Shown one piece after another: positions 27,954 through 36,956 of a DNA stretch of 64,000 nucleotides. Each line of letters begins with the position of its first letter. Within the stretch, counting starts at the first letter, position 1. The translations under genes and the position numbers were made by a program. The notes beneath the pieces are model-generated. The model was not told where the DNA came from. It ran no database searches and worked only from the letters and a program-made list of their open reading frames with translations. Source of the DNA: a virus (taxonomy: Duplodnaviria; Caudoviricetes); IMG/VR virus record IMGVR_UViG_3300032226_000829. One strand, written 5' to 3'.

Positions 27954-28610
27954 TCAGCCTATGATGTTCTGGGCCTTTCTATCCACAATCAATTCTCGCA
28001 CCTTCTGTTCTGCCTCAGTCTCCTGTGTGGCTTCGTACTCCTGCATGGATTCCACCATGCCGAATGTCTCATCCAGCAATCTGCCATCCGCATGCTGAGT
28101 CCAGAATGGGTCGTTAGATTTTGGAAATTGTTCGGTCTCATAGCATCTGTCAGACCCATCAGTCCACACACCAAAGAACCCCACGCCGGGCTCATGATAT
28201 CTGCACTCAATGCTCAACTCAGGATGGGTTTCCATCAGCTTCTCCATCACGCCCAAAGGGGGTGCCCAGGCTGTGTCAAACTGAAACAGAGCAATGCCCT
28301 GATTGCCCACATCCTCATCGTAGTCCACCTGCATGTCATCATTGTCACCACCTGCGTTCCATTTGGTACCCCAGTTGTTCACACACCAGTCATACCAGTT
28401 TCGGTAGCCATATCGTTTTAAATTAGATTTTTCTGCCTTCACCAAAGCCTTCTGTTCAGGTGAATCATCAGCACCTTCACGGCCTGCTGTGATGTCCAAC
28501 TCTGGGGGGTATGGATGTATTTTCATAAAATCTAATCTGTGCTCCACTAGGGTCTTGAGGATGTGCTGGGGACCTTGTATCTCCACCACATTGTTGCAAT
28601 AATTTGGCAT
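27954..28610 (-). CDS. YubB/DUF1281 ferredoxin-like domain protein
   Basis: MPNYCNN, WYDWCVNNWGTKWNA, FDTAWAPP, YHEPG. Confidence 0.85.
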   Translation of the reverse strand: MPNYCNNVVEIQGPQHILKTLVEHRLDFMKIHPYPPELDITAGREGADDSPEQKALVKAEKSNLKRYGYRNWYDWCVNNWGTKWNAGGDNDDMQVDYDEDVGNQGIALFQFDTAWAPPLGVMEKLMETHPELSIECRYHEPGVGFFGVWTDGSDRCYETEQFPKSNDPFWTQHADGRLLDETFGMVESMQEYEATQETEAEQKVRELIVDRKAQNIIG

Positions 28611-28633
28611 ATTTGCTCCTTGTTGTTTCTTTC

Positions 28634-28704
28634 AGTATAGCATCACTCACTACCAAAAAGCAACCAAAAAATTACCAAAATAGATACCAATTATCAAGGG
28701 GTTA
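28634..28704 (-). promoter_or_regulatory. Early promoter cassette (TTGCTT-18-TGcTATACT) plus TAACCCCTTGAT
   Basis: Three TTTTGG boxes. Confidence 0.7.
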
Positions 28705-28804
28705 TTCGGGAGGCCCAGTAAACTTAGTTTAACTACCCACAATTGCGCCCCACACAGGTGTGCCGTAACTGTACCATAACGTTGCCAATTTCTATCCAGA
28801 ACTG

Positions 28805-28946
28805 AGGGGGGTGTTAACTCACCTTATAGTGATATCAATTATATTATTATATTATATACGAATACCCCCTGGGGTTCACAGCGCTGTCGGGGGGTCAAAA
28901 CCGGCCCTTATAGTAATATATTATATTATATTATATTACACAGAAT
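28805..28946. repeat. Two degenerate units of G-tract + CCTTATAGT + (TATAT)n AT tract
   Basis: ccttatagtgatatcaattatattattatattatatacgaat vs ccttatagtaatatattatattatattatattacacagaat. Confidence 0.6.
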
Positions 28947-29008
28947 TCGGGAGGGGGTGGAAAACCGGTACTTGGGAGCCTTGAGAGCCCCCATGTACAG
29001 ATCGGTGA

Positions 29009-29302
29009 TTATGCTACCTGAGATTGTGCAGACACAGTTTTTGCCGCTGATCCACAATTTCTGGCGATGAAGCCATCTGCCAGCAATTTCACTTCGGGCT
29101 TGTTGAAATCTGCCTGAGTGATCATCCACTGTATGGCCTGCTCTTTGCTCATAGGCTGTGGTGTTTCTCTCAGCAATATATTGGTGTGTTTTCTCATCAC
29201 CAAGGTTTTGATTCGGCTCACTAGATCCTGAGCAAATCTGATTTTTGTCTCACCCTGTGGTGATGTGCTGATGCCCACCACTTTGTATGTTTTTGTGTCC
29301 AT
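29009..29302 (-). CDS. Conserved phage hypothetical protein
   Basis: YKVVGIST...TKIRFAQDLVSRIK...L.ETPQPMSKEQA pattern. Confidence 0.65.
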   Translation of the reverse strand: MDTKTYKVVGISTSPQGETKIRFAQDLVSRIKTLVMRKHTNILLRETPQPMSKEQAIQWMITQADFNKPEVKLLADGFIARNCGSAAKTVSAQSQVA

Positions 29303-29754
29303 TTTACTATTGGCTCTTCTTTCTTTTGTTGCGGTCACTATGACCAGTTGTTATTGGTGCATGCTGTTGCACACACTGTTGCTTACCATTATAACATCTA
29401 CAGCCAAATTGTCAAGCTGTATGGTATTGGCAGTGTGCAAATAAAAGTCAGTGAATTCAATGGGTTAGCAGGGGTGGTGTGCCAAAATACAAAGGCTCGA
29501 ACCCAATGGATGTGACGGATGGGCACTGTGGGGTCGGAATAGGGCAGAATGCCCCCACGGTTGAGCGGATTTGGGTGGTCTGAGCATCTTTTGAACCGTG
29601 AGAAGTGGTATTCCTGAGGAATACTGTGCAAAAAAATTTGGAAACGGTAGGTGCCGACAGGCATAGTTAAAATACTCTCAGCCCAAGCACACACTGTAAA
29701 TGCATATACCGTAGCACACCATCGGAATTGCCAAATCCAAATGTACTCAGTTAA

Positions 29755-29815
29755 TTCCCCAATACTTCGCAGCGAGGCCTACACCCGTTCCCCAATACTT
29801 CGCAGCGAGGCCTAC
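29755..29815 (+). repeat. Perfect 28-bp direct repeat x2 (TTCCCCAATACTTCGCAGCGAGGCCTAC), third partial copy at about 29836-29852
   Basis: Copies at 29755-29782 and 29788-29815; internal TCGC-A-GCGA palindrome. Confidence 0.85.
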
Positions 29816-29863
29816 CCTTGTATTAGGGTTTCTCACCATACTCGCAGCGAGCTCTCCCATCCA

Positions 29864-29979
29864 GCCCCACCCTTGGAGTAGTAGCACTACCATAAGAGAT
29901 CATGCGCCACCATCTGACACTGTTGGAATACTGTTTAATATCATGCCCCACCCTTGAAGCCATAGAGCTACCATAAGAC
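29864..29979 (+). repeat. Degenerate 35-bp repeat x2 (GCCCCACCCTTG.AG...CTACCATAAGA)
   Basis: Two copies about 82 nt apart. Confidence 0.6.
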
Positions 29980-30220
29980 TAACGTACACTACCATTGCAC
30001 ACAGCTCAGCACAACCATCACACACTGTGAGTTAAACTTGAGAAGTCAAATCCGGCACCGCAGGCAACACCGTTGCTACTGCCTAATGAGGAAGTAAAAA
30101 TTTGCGTCGCCGCACTTCGTGCGTGTAGGGCCATTCTCTGTGCCAAAATCTGGCGTCCGCCCTATGGGCTTGAGGGGCCTATGCCTTCTGAGTTTTTGGT
30201 AGCACCCCATAAATAATTGT

Positions 30221-30454
30221 ATGTCACACACTTCCACACCACCCACAGAACACAGACACACCTACATGTTCACTGCAGTGATAGATGGCGTGCTGCCAGG
30301 TGATAAGAGGGAGTATTGGGCTCACAGCATAGAGGAAGCCCAAGCCATGGCAGAGGCTGAGTATGTGGCATACGGGGATCGCGTGAGGGTGCAGTTTCAT
30401 GGCATAGTGCCCCCAGGCCGAGATCCCTACAACATTCCTGGCGATTTGGCCTGA
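30221..30454 (+). CDS. Hypothetical protein
   Basis: 77 aa, globular composition. Confidence 0.55.
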   Translation: MSHTSTPPTEHRHTYMFTAVIDGVLPGDKREYWAHSIEEAQAMAEAEYVAYGDRVRVQFHGIVPPGRDPYNIPGDLA

Positions 30455-30499
30455 TCACATATGGACTGGTTAACCATTGACAACAGGCGGCCAGTCTGT

Positions 30500-30507
30500 T
30501 ATAAATA
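30500..30507 (+). promoter_or_regulatory. T4-type late promoter TATAAATA
   Basis: Exact consensus, 5 nt before ATG 30513. Confidence 0.75.
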
Positions 30508-30512
30508 GTCAC

Positions 30513-30728
30513 ATGACTGTGATTATCGTTATACTGTGTGGGGTGGCCCTATGTATTCTCTGGGCTGTGATTGTGAACAGTGTGGGCAAAAGTTCACTGC
30601 AGTTTCCCACTTCATACACCCTGTTAAAAAGCTCACCTTCTATTGCACACAGAGAGATGTGGGCACTGAGAGTGATTGTGGTGTTGATGGTGGTGTTCCT
30701 ACTGTTGCTATTAACTTCCCAATTCTAA
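30513..30728 (+). CDS. Two-TM small membrane protein
   Basis: Two hydrophobic segments; late promoter. Confidence 0.6.
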   Translation: MTVIIVILCGVALCILWAVIVNSVGKSSLQFPTSYTLLKSSPSIAHREMWALRVIVVLMVVFLLLLLTSQF

Positions 30729-30793
30729 TGGATCCTGTCACTTTATTACTCTTATTCAATGTCACGGTGTGGCTGTACTGGACTGTGAAATAA
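30728..30793 (+). CDS. 21-aa hydrophobic peptide MDPVTLLLLFNVTVWLYWTVK
   Basis: TAATG coupling on both sides. Confidence 0.5.
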   Translation: MDPVTLLLLFNVTVWLYWTVK

Positions 30794-30861
30794 TGGATCC
30801 CATCATTGTGATTGTGGCCTTGATTATTATCACTGTGGAAATTTATATTCGCTTACTCTAA
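30793..30861 (+). CDS. 22-aa hydrophobic peptide MDPIIVIVALIIITVEIYIRLL
   Basis: TAATG coupling; same MDP start as the neighbour. Confidence 0.5.
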   Translation: MDPIIVIVALIIITVEIYIRLL

Positions 30862-30865
30862 TTAA

Positions 30866-31549
30866 CTACCCTTTTAATTCTTCGTTGGATTCAGTGGGAC
30901 TCTGCTCCACGGCCTGAATGATCTGCTGAGCAATTCTTTGATTCACTGTGTGCCCCTCCAAGTGATTGGCACGAGCATCCTCTGTGGGCAGTTCTGTGGT
31001 GGGGTTTGTGATCAGCGAGTGCAGTGCCGGCATCACAGTGACACCCTGCTGCCACTGATGTGCATACCAGCGATGTGGGAGGTGGTCACTCCACTCACCA
31101 AAACTCCACAGATGCACAAATGTCTGATGGGGGTAGGCAGTGAGTATCACACGATCAAAATAGTACAGCAGAGCCTGATACTCCAGCAGATGTTTGTGGT
31201 GATCATACAGATGGTGATAGTATTCACGAGCAGCCTGGTGCTGTGGGGTAAGACCCTGTTCACTGGTGCTGCAATTGATGTTGCGTTGCTGATGATGATA
31301 CAGTCGATGTGAGTCAGTCCACACCATCACACACACATCAGGCAAGCCCTGGCTCAGCTGACGAGGCCACTGTTGCAGCACCAAGTCCCATGCACTGCTG
31401 CCACTCACACCCACACAACGGATATCAGCCTGCCAGTGATCAGCCACCTGTTGCAGATAGGTGTCATAATGATTCTGCACACTGTGAGCATTCTTCACGT
31501 CCTGACAGAAGCTGTCTCCAAAAAATCCTATGCTGCGAATCTCACGCAT
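30866..31549 (-). CDS. SGNH/GDSL-like hydrolase-fold protein
   Basis: FFGDSF, GVSGSS, C-terminal NHL...N. Confidence 0.6.
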   Translation of the reverse strand: MREIRSIGFFGDSFCQDVKNAHSVQNHYDTYLQQVADHWQADIRCVGVSGSSAWDLVLQQWPRQLSQGLPDVCVMVWTDSHRLYHHQQRNINCSTSEQGLTPQHQAAREYYHHLYDHHKHLLEYQALLYYFDRVILTAYPHQTFVHLWSFGEWSDHLPHRWYAHQWQQGVTVMPALHSLITNPTTELPTEDARANHLEGHTVNQRIAQQIIQAVEQSPTESNEELKG

Positions 31550-32069
31550 CTGGGGTAAGGTCGGGGGCCACTGCCTGTTGATCTCTTTCATGGGCCTGTC
31601 TCATCTGCTGTTCTTCCCACTGTTGCTGTTGTGCATCTGTGAGTGTGGGTTCAACCGCCTCTGAGGGAGGGTGGTGAGGTTGGTAGTGGGGCACGGGTTC
31701 AGACACAGTGATACCCATGCGTGCAAGACTGTGAGCATAGCTGGGCAACAGTACCTCAGGTATGTTGGCACCGCTCAGTTCAGATTCAGTGGCCACGTGA
31801 TCACGTTTCATGCCATAGCCTGTGCCACCCTGACTGCGATGATGCAACTCTCTGTCAAAGGTGCTGTGATTTTGGCGAGCCTGATTCAACTGGCTGCCTT
31901 CGGTCTGAGTGTGTTCAGTGGGTGTGGTATTGTGCCTGCCTCGGGATCGGCCACGACGATTGCGTGATCTACGCTTGTGGCGCTGTGGGCGAGCTCTGTG
32001 GGGTTTCCCCTCTGTGTGAGTGGCTTCTACACTGATGTTCAGTGGAGCCTGCTCCTCTGTGGAATTCAT
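31542..32069 (-). CDS. Low-complexity basic/Gln-rich protein
   Basis: Arg-rich N-terminus; TAAGTA late-type motif upstream. Confidence 0.5.
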   Translation of the reverse strand: MNSTEEQAPLNISVEATHTEGKPHRARPQRHKRRSRNRRGRSRGRHNTTPTEHTQTEGSQLNQARQNHSTFDRELHHRSQGGTGYGMKRDHVATESELSGANIPEVLLPSYAHSLARMGITVSEPVPHYQPHHPPSEAVEPTLTDAQQQQWEEQQMRQAHERDQQAVAPDLTPDA

Positions 32070-32113
32070 ATTATGTGTGTACTTATGTGAGGTTCACATT
32101 AAATACTCTGATT

Positions 32114-32992
32114 ATGACAGGTAGATTGATAGTGGTGGGTGACAGTTTCTGCATACTGCCCGGAGCAAAAGATTCATTCCGAAATTGGTGTCAGCAGGCA
32201 GCAGAGGCCATGGGCATGACTCTGGTGGTGGCAGCAGGTGCTGGGGTGAGTCAAGATTGGCAATGGGATCAGTTGCAACAGTTGTTTGAACACATCACCC
32301 CCGAAGATCGTGTGCTGGTGGTGCCCACACACTGTGAGCGTCAATGGTTTGTGGCAGACAAGCCTGCCTACACTCATGTAAATTGTGCCAACCTACCTGA
32401 AGAGTTGGGAGTGGAAGTGAGCGAAGCCATACGTCATTATTGTGTGCATCTGCAAAGACCCGATTTAGATCTGCAACATCAAGCACATCGCTTGGGATGG
32501 CTGCATGCCCAAGTGGATCGCGTGGGAGCTCACCCCATCTGGGTGCTGCCTGCGTTCCGACTGCATTGGATCATCAAAGGTGTTCAAACCAGTACCCCTG
32601 AATATTGGGATCATTTCCGCATCAGAGGATTGAACAATCTGCTGTTGAGTGATCAAAATCTCTATGAAGCTGTGCAAGAGCGTGAGATGCAGCCGGGCGA
32701 GAGCACCAACACAGTGTTTCAAGGAGTGGATGTGAGATACAATCATCTGCTGAGACACAATCATGAGATACTGGCTCATTGTGTGGTGAGAGCCATCCAA
32801 AGCAAACAGCCAGTGGATCTTCAAGATCCTCGTTGGATGTGTGAACGCCTAAGCCCCAAGATCTGGCAAGACACAAGATTCATTCAGGATCAGATGGATG
32901 TGAATCAGCTCCAACGTCGTGAAGATATACTGAACAGATTTGAAGGCTCACTGATAGACAAAGTCTGGTACAAAGATTGGTTCAAAAAGTGA
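32114..32992 (+). CDS. SGNH/GDSL-like hydrolase-fold protein
   Basis: IVVGDSF, AGVSQ, RYNHL; TTAAATA upstream. Confidence 0.6.
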   Translation: MTGRLIVVGDSFCILPGAKDSFRNWCQQAAEAMGMTLVVAAGAGVSQDWQWDQLQQLFEHITPEDRVLVVPTHCERQWFVADKPAYTHVNCANLPEELGVEVSEAIRHYCVHLQRPDLDLQHQAHRLGWLHAQVDRVGAHPIWVLPAFRLHWIIKGVQTSTPEYWDHFRIRGLNNLLLSDQNLYEAVQEREMQPGESTNTVFQGVDVRYNHLLRHNHEILAHCVVRAIQSKQPVDLQDPRWMCERLSPKIWQDTRFIQDQMDVNQLQRREDILNRFEGSLIDKVWYKDWFKK

Positions 32993-33471
32993 AACCCATA
33001 CAAAAAATACCCACTTATTATCACAGCCGTTGGAATGATGACAAAGAAGATGTTTTCTCATGGAAAGAAGTAGTGTTGTTGGCTCTCATACTGGCCATCA
33101 TATGGGGAGTGTATTGGTTGATCATACACTGGGTGGATCACTTACTAGGTGATTGGCTGGCATGGTATGTGGAATTGATCAGCCCTTTGATGGCACTGCC
33201 AGTGATGTGGGTGTGCAATTCATATGGCAGAAATCCCCTGCATTGGTGGCCCATGGTGTGGGGTCATCGTGTGCAGTTGGATGCACAAAATGCCGAATTG
33301 GTGCTGATGGATGCAGATGCTGTGACTCAGTTTATGGGTGGTCGCAGTCGTGTGTGGTGTGACACTCGTGATGTCAATCAAGTATACCTAAAGTTCCGAC
33401 GCCGTCGTGATGCTGTGTGGTTTGGACTGTTCCCTCATTTTTTTCGAAACAAAAAGAAGAAAATCAAATAA
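32989..33471 (+). CDS. Membrane protein
   Basis: GTGA overlap with the upstream stop; two TM segments. Confidence 0.55.
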   Translation: MKPIQKIPTYYHSRWNDDKEDVFSWKEVVLLALILAIIWGVYWLIIHWVDHLLGDWLAWYVELISPLMALPVMWVCNSYGRNPLHWWPMVWGHRVQLDAQNAELVLMDADAVTQFMGGRSRVWCDTRDVNQVYLKFRRRRDAVWFGLFPHFFRNKKKKIK

Positions 33472-34195
33472 CTTTTATCATCTGAGGCTGAGTAGGCTTG
33501 TCATCTCTGTTCCAATGAGGTTCCCCTGGTGGAGTATTGGCCACACAAAATCCCAAACGTTCACCCTGATCATTCAGTACAGGCACAGAAAAACCACCAC
33601 GCTCTGCTGCCAAATCATCTGCGGCATATCCCATGCCCATGGCTACCACAGCACAATAACTGGGCATGCCCAAGTGTTCAGCCACCATCTTGTTGTGATG
33701 ACACACACCATACCCTGTGCGTAAACCTTGTTCTTCTGCAGCCAACATGGCAGCAGTGGCACTGATGTAGATATCACTGCGTTGTTGATAAGCATCAGGA
33801 GTGCTCACATTGTATTGTTGAATTTGGCCATCCACTTCTTTCTGCACAACAATACGACGAGCATTCTTCAGCTCACTCAACCAAATCAAAACCACTGGTG
33901 CACGATATTGTCCGTTGTAGTCGCGATCTTCATCACTCTGATGCCCCACAGGTATGTCATAGGCTGGATGACCATCCCATGCCCAAGTGTGTTCATAGAA
34001 CAACCAATCCTTGATTTTTTTGCCTTCCACACTGTCAGTGATGGCCACTATCTTATGACTGTGATGCGCCATCTTGCTGGGTGTTAAGTAAGCACAATCC
34101 AAAACATAATTCAAAATGGATTCATTAACAGGTGTGTTTTGCCACAGTTTGGTGGTGTATCTTTCACTCAGCAACTGTTTAATGGATTTTGTCAT
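33464..34195 (-). CDS. Nitroreductase-family protein
   Basis: LSERYTTK, LTPSK, APVVLI, AMLAAEEQGLRTGY. Confidence 0.75.
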   Translation of the reverse strand: MTKSIKQLLSERYTTKLWQNTPVNESILNYVLDCAYLTPSKMAHHSHKIVAITDSVEGKKIKDWLFYEHTWAWDGHPAYDIPVGHQSDEDRDYNGQYRAPVVLIWLSELKNARRIVVQKEVDGQIQQYNVSTPDAYQQRSDIYISATAAMLAAEEQGLRTGYGVCHHNKMVAEHLGMPSYCAVVAMGMGYAADDLAAERGGFSVPVLNDQGERLGFCVANTPPGEPHWNRDDKPTQPQMIKVI

Positions 34196-34222
34196 ACTGT
34201 GTATTTAATACTAAATACAGTC

Positions 34223-35611
34223 ATGCGTTACAAAGAGTTTAAAATTATTGTAGAAGCAACACTTCAACCTAGTGAACTGTTTCAAATTAAACATATTGAT
34301 TGGAGACCGGCTGCCTTTTTAAAAAAACTTCAAGACAGAACTCCTTTTATAAAAGTTCAAGGAAAAGAAGAAGTTATACCAGTCAAAGGCGAGTTTGAAA
34401 GACTCAAAAATCAAATAAACTCAGTAGTTCAAGCCAAAAAAAAAAATCCTAATGCCCCTTCAGGAAATTTTACAGTAAAAACTGACAAAGGAGAATTTAA
34501 AATTAGCGATTTTGAAAAAGCAGATTTACAAACGCCTAAAGGACAAGTCACATCTAAAGTAAATGTTCAACCCATTGGTATAGGTATAGCAGCAGATAAA
34601 ACAGATAAACAAAAAACGTCATCACAACAGATAAAACTAGCTATAGAAAATAAACAAGCTATTATGGGAAAAGATTTATATAAAACAATCACCGATAACG
34701 AAGTATTAGCACAAGCAGGATTATTAGGAGTAGCAATTAAAAAATGTGCTAAAGAAATAGTAGAAAAAACGATTCCTAATATACAAGCATATGATCCAAA
34801 AGTACAAAAAACACTAGCTATAGATGCCGGAGAATATTTAGGAATTCTTCAAATGATAGAAGAAATTGCAACATTTCCTAAACAAAAACAATTTTTAGAT
34901 TTTTTAAACACAACAGATTTAAAAAAAATGTCAATTATTTTTCCAGGATCTCAAAACAGTCCATTAGAAGATAGTTATGGAGTGCAAAATTTAAAAACAG
35001 GACACACTATAATGATCAGCAGCAAAGGAGGATTAGGCAAAACAGCATCAGGCGCAGCTCCATCATTGCAAGGTTTAAAAATTCCAGATAGTATGAAATT
35101 AAAAATTAAGTCCGGTAGCGGTCTTGATTTTTTAAATTTAATGCAAAAAAAATCTACAGTAGAACAACCTTTTGAAGGATTAAATTTTCTTCACAAATAT
35201 TATCCTGAAGCTATACCTCAAATTTACAACAGAATTTTGCCATTTTCAGCAGAAGATATTGAAAAAATTAAAAATAATATTAAAGGTATTGAAAAATTAC
35301 CAGCTAAATTTAATAAAGTAATTTTATCTAAAAATGTCAGTGCAAGAGCAACGGAAGGAGGAAAATTAATGTATGCTGCGGTTAAAGATTTAGTAAAAGT
35401 ATTCAACGAAACGCAACCAATAAAAGATTTCCGTCAAGCGGTATTAGAAATACTAGACATGAATTTTGTTCAAATTTTTTCAAGAGTAGTTGGAGGTAAG
35501 TTAACTGCAGATGTATTATGGCCTGGCAAAGTAGATGGAACAGTATTGCTTTGGTCAAAAGCTGAAGCAGCCGAACCCACCAAAGCAGGATTAAGTTTTA
35601 AAATTATATAA
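34223..35611 (+). CDS. Large AT-rich late protein of unknown function
   Basis: MRYKEF start after CTAAATA; Lys-rich; composition visibly more AT-rich than flanks. Confidence 0.7.
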   Translation: MRYKEFKIIVEATLQPSELFQIKHIDWRPAAFLKKLQDRTPFIKVQGKEEVIPVKGEFERLKNQINSVVQAKKKNPNAPSGNFTVKTDKGEFKISDFEKADLQTPKGQVTSKVNVQPIGIGIAADKTDKQKTSSQQIKLAIENKQAIMGKDLYKTITDNEVLAQAGLLGVAIKKCAKEIVEKTIPNIQAYDPKVQKTLAIDAGEYLGILQMIEEIATFPKQKQFLDFLNTTDLKKMSIIFPGSQNSPLEDSYGVQNLKTGHTIMISSKGGLGKTASGAAPSLQGLKIPDSMKLKIKSGSGLDFLNLMQKKSTVEQPFEGLNFLHKYYPEAIPQIYNRILPFSAEDIEKIKNNIKGIEKLPAKFNKVILSKNVSARATEGGKLMYAAVKDLVKVFNETQPIKDFRQAVLEILDMNFVQIFSRVVGGKLTADVLWPGKVDGTVLLWSKAEAAEPTKAGLSFKII

Positions 35612-35620
35612 AAATTAAAA

Positions 35621-35851
35621 TTATTGTAATTGAACTTCCACAGCTTCAGCACCACGTGCATACCAACTCCAAGTGTTTGAATCAATCTGTTTGGGAGTGC
35701 CCTGCCATTCTGTGATCCATTCTGTTTCAGCAAGGGTGATCCTCGCCCAATATCTATCGCCCATCTTACGCTGAGGCACAGTGAAGTCCACACGTCCACA
35801 CACCATGTCTTCAGGCCCAATGGGCCATGTTTGAATAAGTTTCTTCTTCAT
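35621..35851 (-). CDS. Hypothetical protein
   Basis: 76 aa ORF downstream of tRNA-Ala. Confidence 0.5.
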   Translation of the reverse strand: MKKKLIQTWPIGPEDMVCGRVDFTVPQRKMGDRYWARITLAETEWITEWQGTPKQIDSNTWSWYARGAEAVEVQLQ

Positions 35852-35856
35852 TGTAT

Positions 35857-35930
35857 TGGTGGACCTGGACGGTAACGCTCCGACGACCTTTGACTGCCAG
35901 CCAAATGTGATACTATTTCACCACAGGCCC
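35857..35930 (-). tRNA. tRNA-Ala(GGC) with atypical elbow
   Basis: GGGCCTG/CAGGTCC acceptor with G3:U70, loop CTGGCAG, encoded CCA; T-loop AGCGTTA; promoter TTGACT-17-TATAAT upstream. Confidence 0.85.
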
Positions 35931-36080
35931 TTGATTGATATTATATGACAATTTAATCACAAAGTCAACACCCAAAACCACATCAAGAATCAAAAATGTT
36001 CTTATAACACCAGCAAATATTACAATAATTATTATTGCGTCTCACAATCAAGTGGATGCAAATTTGGAAAGGAGATCCTT

Positions 36081-36314
36081 ATGGAAATCTTGAACAAAGT
36101 AAAAGCATGGGCGTCTGCACTGGCAGATCTAGGTGTGACCCTACTAGCCCTTGGGATAGTGCTGGAAGTGTTGTTTAAAGGACAGAGCATACCGTTCTTG
36201 TCGTCAACCAACATCATCGGCAACATCACCCAAATCGTGAAGACCTTCTCCACTGAAGGATTGGTTGGCCTAGTGGCCATATTCATCCTCTACAGTATCT
36301 ACAAAAAGAAGTAG
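36081..36314 (+). CDS. Small two-TM membrane protein
   Basis: AAGGAG RBS, hairpin leader, own terminator. Confidence 0.75.
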   Translation: MEILNKVKAWASALADLGVTLLALGIVLEVLFKGQSIPFLSSTNIIGNITQIVKTFSTEGLVGLVAIFILYSIYKKK

Positions 36315-36331
36315 TCACGAGGAAGAACTGG

Positions 36332-36358
36332 GGGCGATGTAACGTGCATCGCCCTTTT
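36332..36358 (+). terminator. Rho-independent terminator
   Basis: GGGCGATG-7nt-CATCGCCC followed by TTTT. Confidence 0.75.
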
Positions 36359-36369
36359 ATCTAAATCCT

Positions 36370-36579
36370 TTAAAATTTACAACTGTATTGACCACCCGGA
36401 GTCAATCGTTCTTTCAGATCTTGAATGTTGGGCAAAGTCTTTTGAGCAGTGTCTGTGGTTTTGTTATCTGTGGTGCCTTTGGCAGTTTTGATAGGTTCTG
36501 ACAGATGTGCATTAGGATTGAAACGACAGTCTTGCACAGCACAAGCAGTGAGAACCAAGAATAAAAATAAGAATCTCAT
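36370..36579 (-). CDS. Small lipoprotein
   Basis: MRFLFLFLVLTAC lipobox. Confidence 0.6.
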   Translation of the reverse strand: MRFLFLFLVLTACAVQDCRFNPNAHLSEPIKTAKGTTDNKTTDTAQKTLPNIQDLKERLTPGGQYSCKF

Positions 36580-36956
36580 TGTGAATGCATCACCCACAAC
36601 ACCATGCCAAAGTACACCACAAAGTGCAGAATCTGATCCACAGTTTGCAGCAGCCAATAGCCCTGGCGTGATTTGGTTTCAGTCCAGCCCAATGCTCTTG
36701 CTGTGGAAGTCTTGGCCCAATCAATGTGCCAGTGAGTCACATAGTCCACCACAAAGCACAACACTGCCCAAGGCCAGCCCACACATATCAAAAAAATCAC
36801 AGCAGTCAATCCAGCATGGTGCAGATAGTGCCAGTGAGATTTGTGATCAAAATACACATACTTCAGTGAAGGTTTGATATAAACAGCCTGCAGATAAAGA
36901 TCCGCAACAAAATGTTTGGCAGCCAATAAAAATAATGCGAGAGTGAACATGATCAA
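36576..36956 (-). CDS. DUF3307 family membrane protein
   Basis: HFVADLYLQ, HAGLT, H.HID..K, DQILH. Confidence 0.8.
   Translation of the reverse strand: MIMFTLALFLLAAKHFVADLYLQAVYIKPSLKYVYFDHKSHWHYLHHAGLTAVIFLICVGWPWAVLCFVVDYVTHWHIDWAKTSTARALGWTETKSRQGYWLLQTVDQILHFVVYFGMVLWVMHSQ

Noticed and set aside
29755-29852. 28-bp direct repeats as a CRISPR mini-array
   Set aside because: Only two full copies separated by 5 nt; no spacer-length unique sequence and no cas genes in the window.
29398-30261. Track ORFs 29398-29694, 29651-29881, 30076-30261
   Set aside because: No RBS, odd composition, and they translate the repeat units; treated as non-coding.
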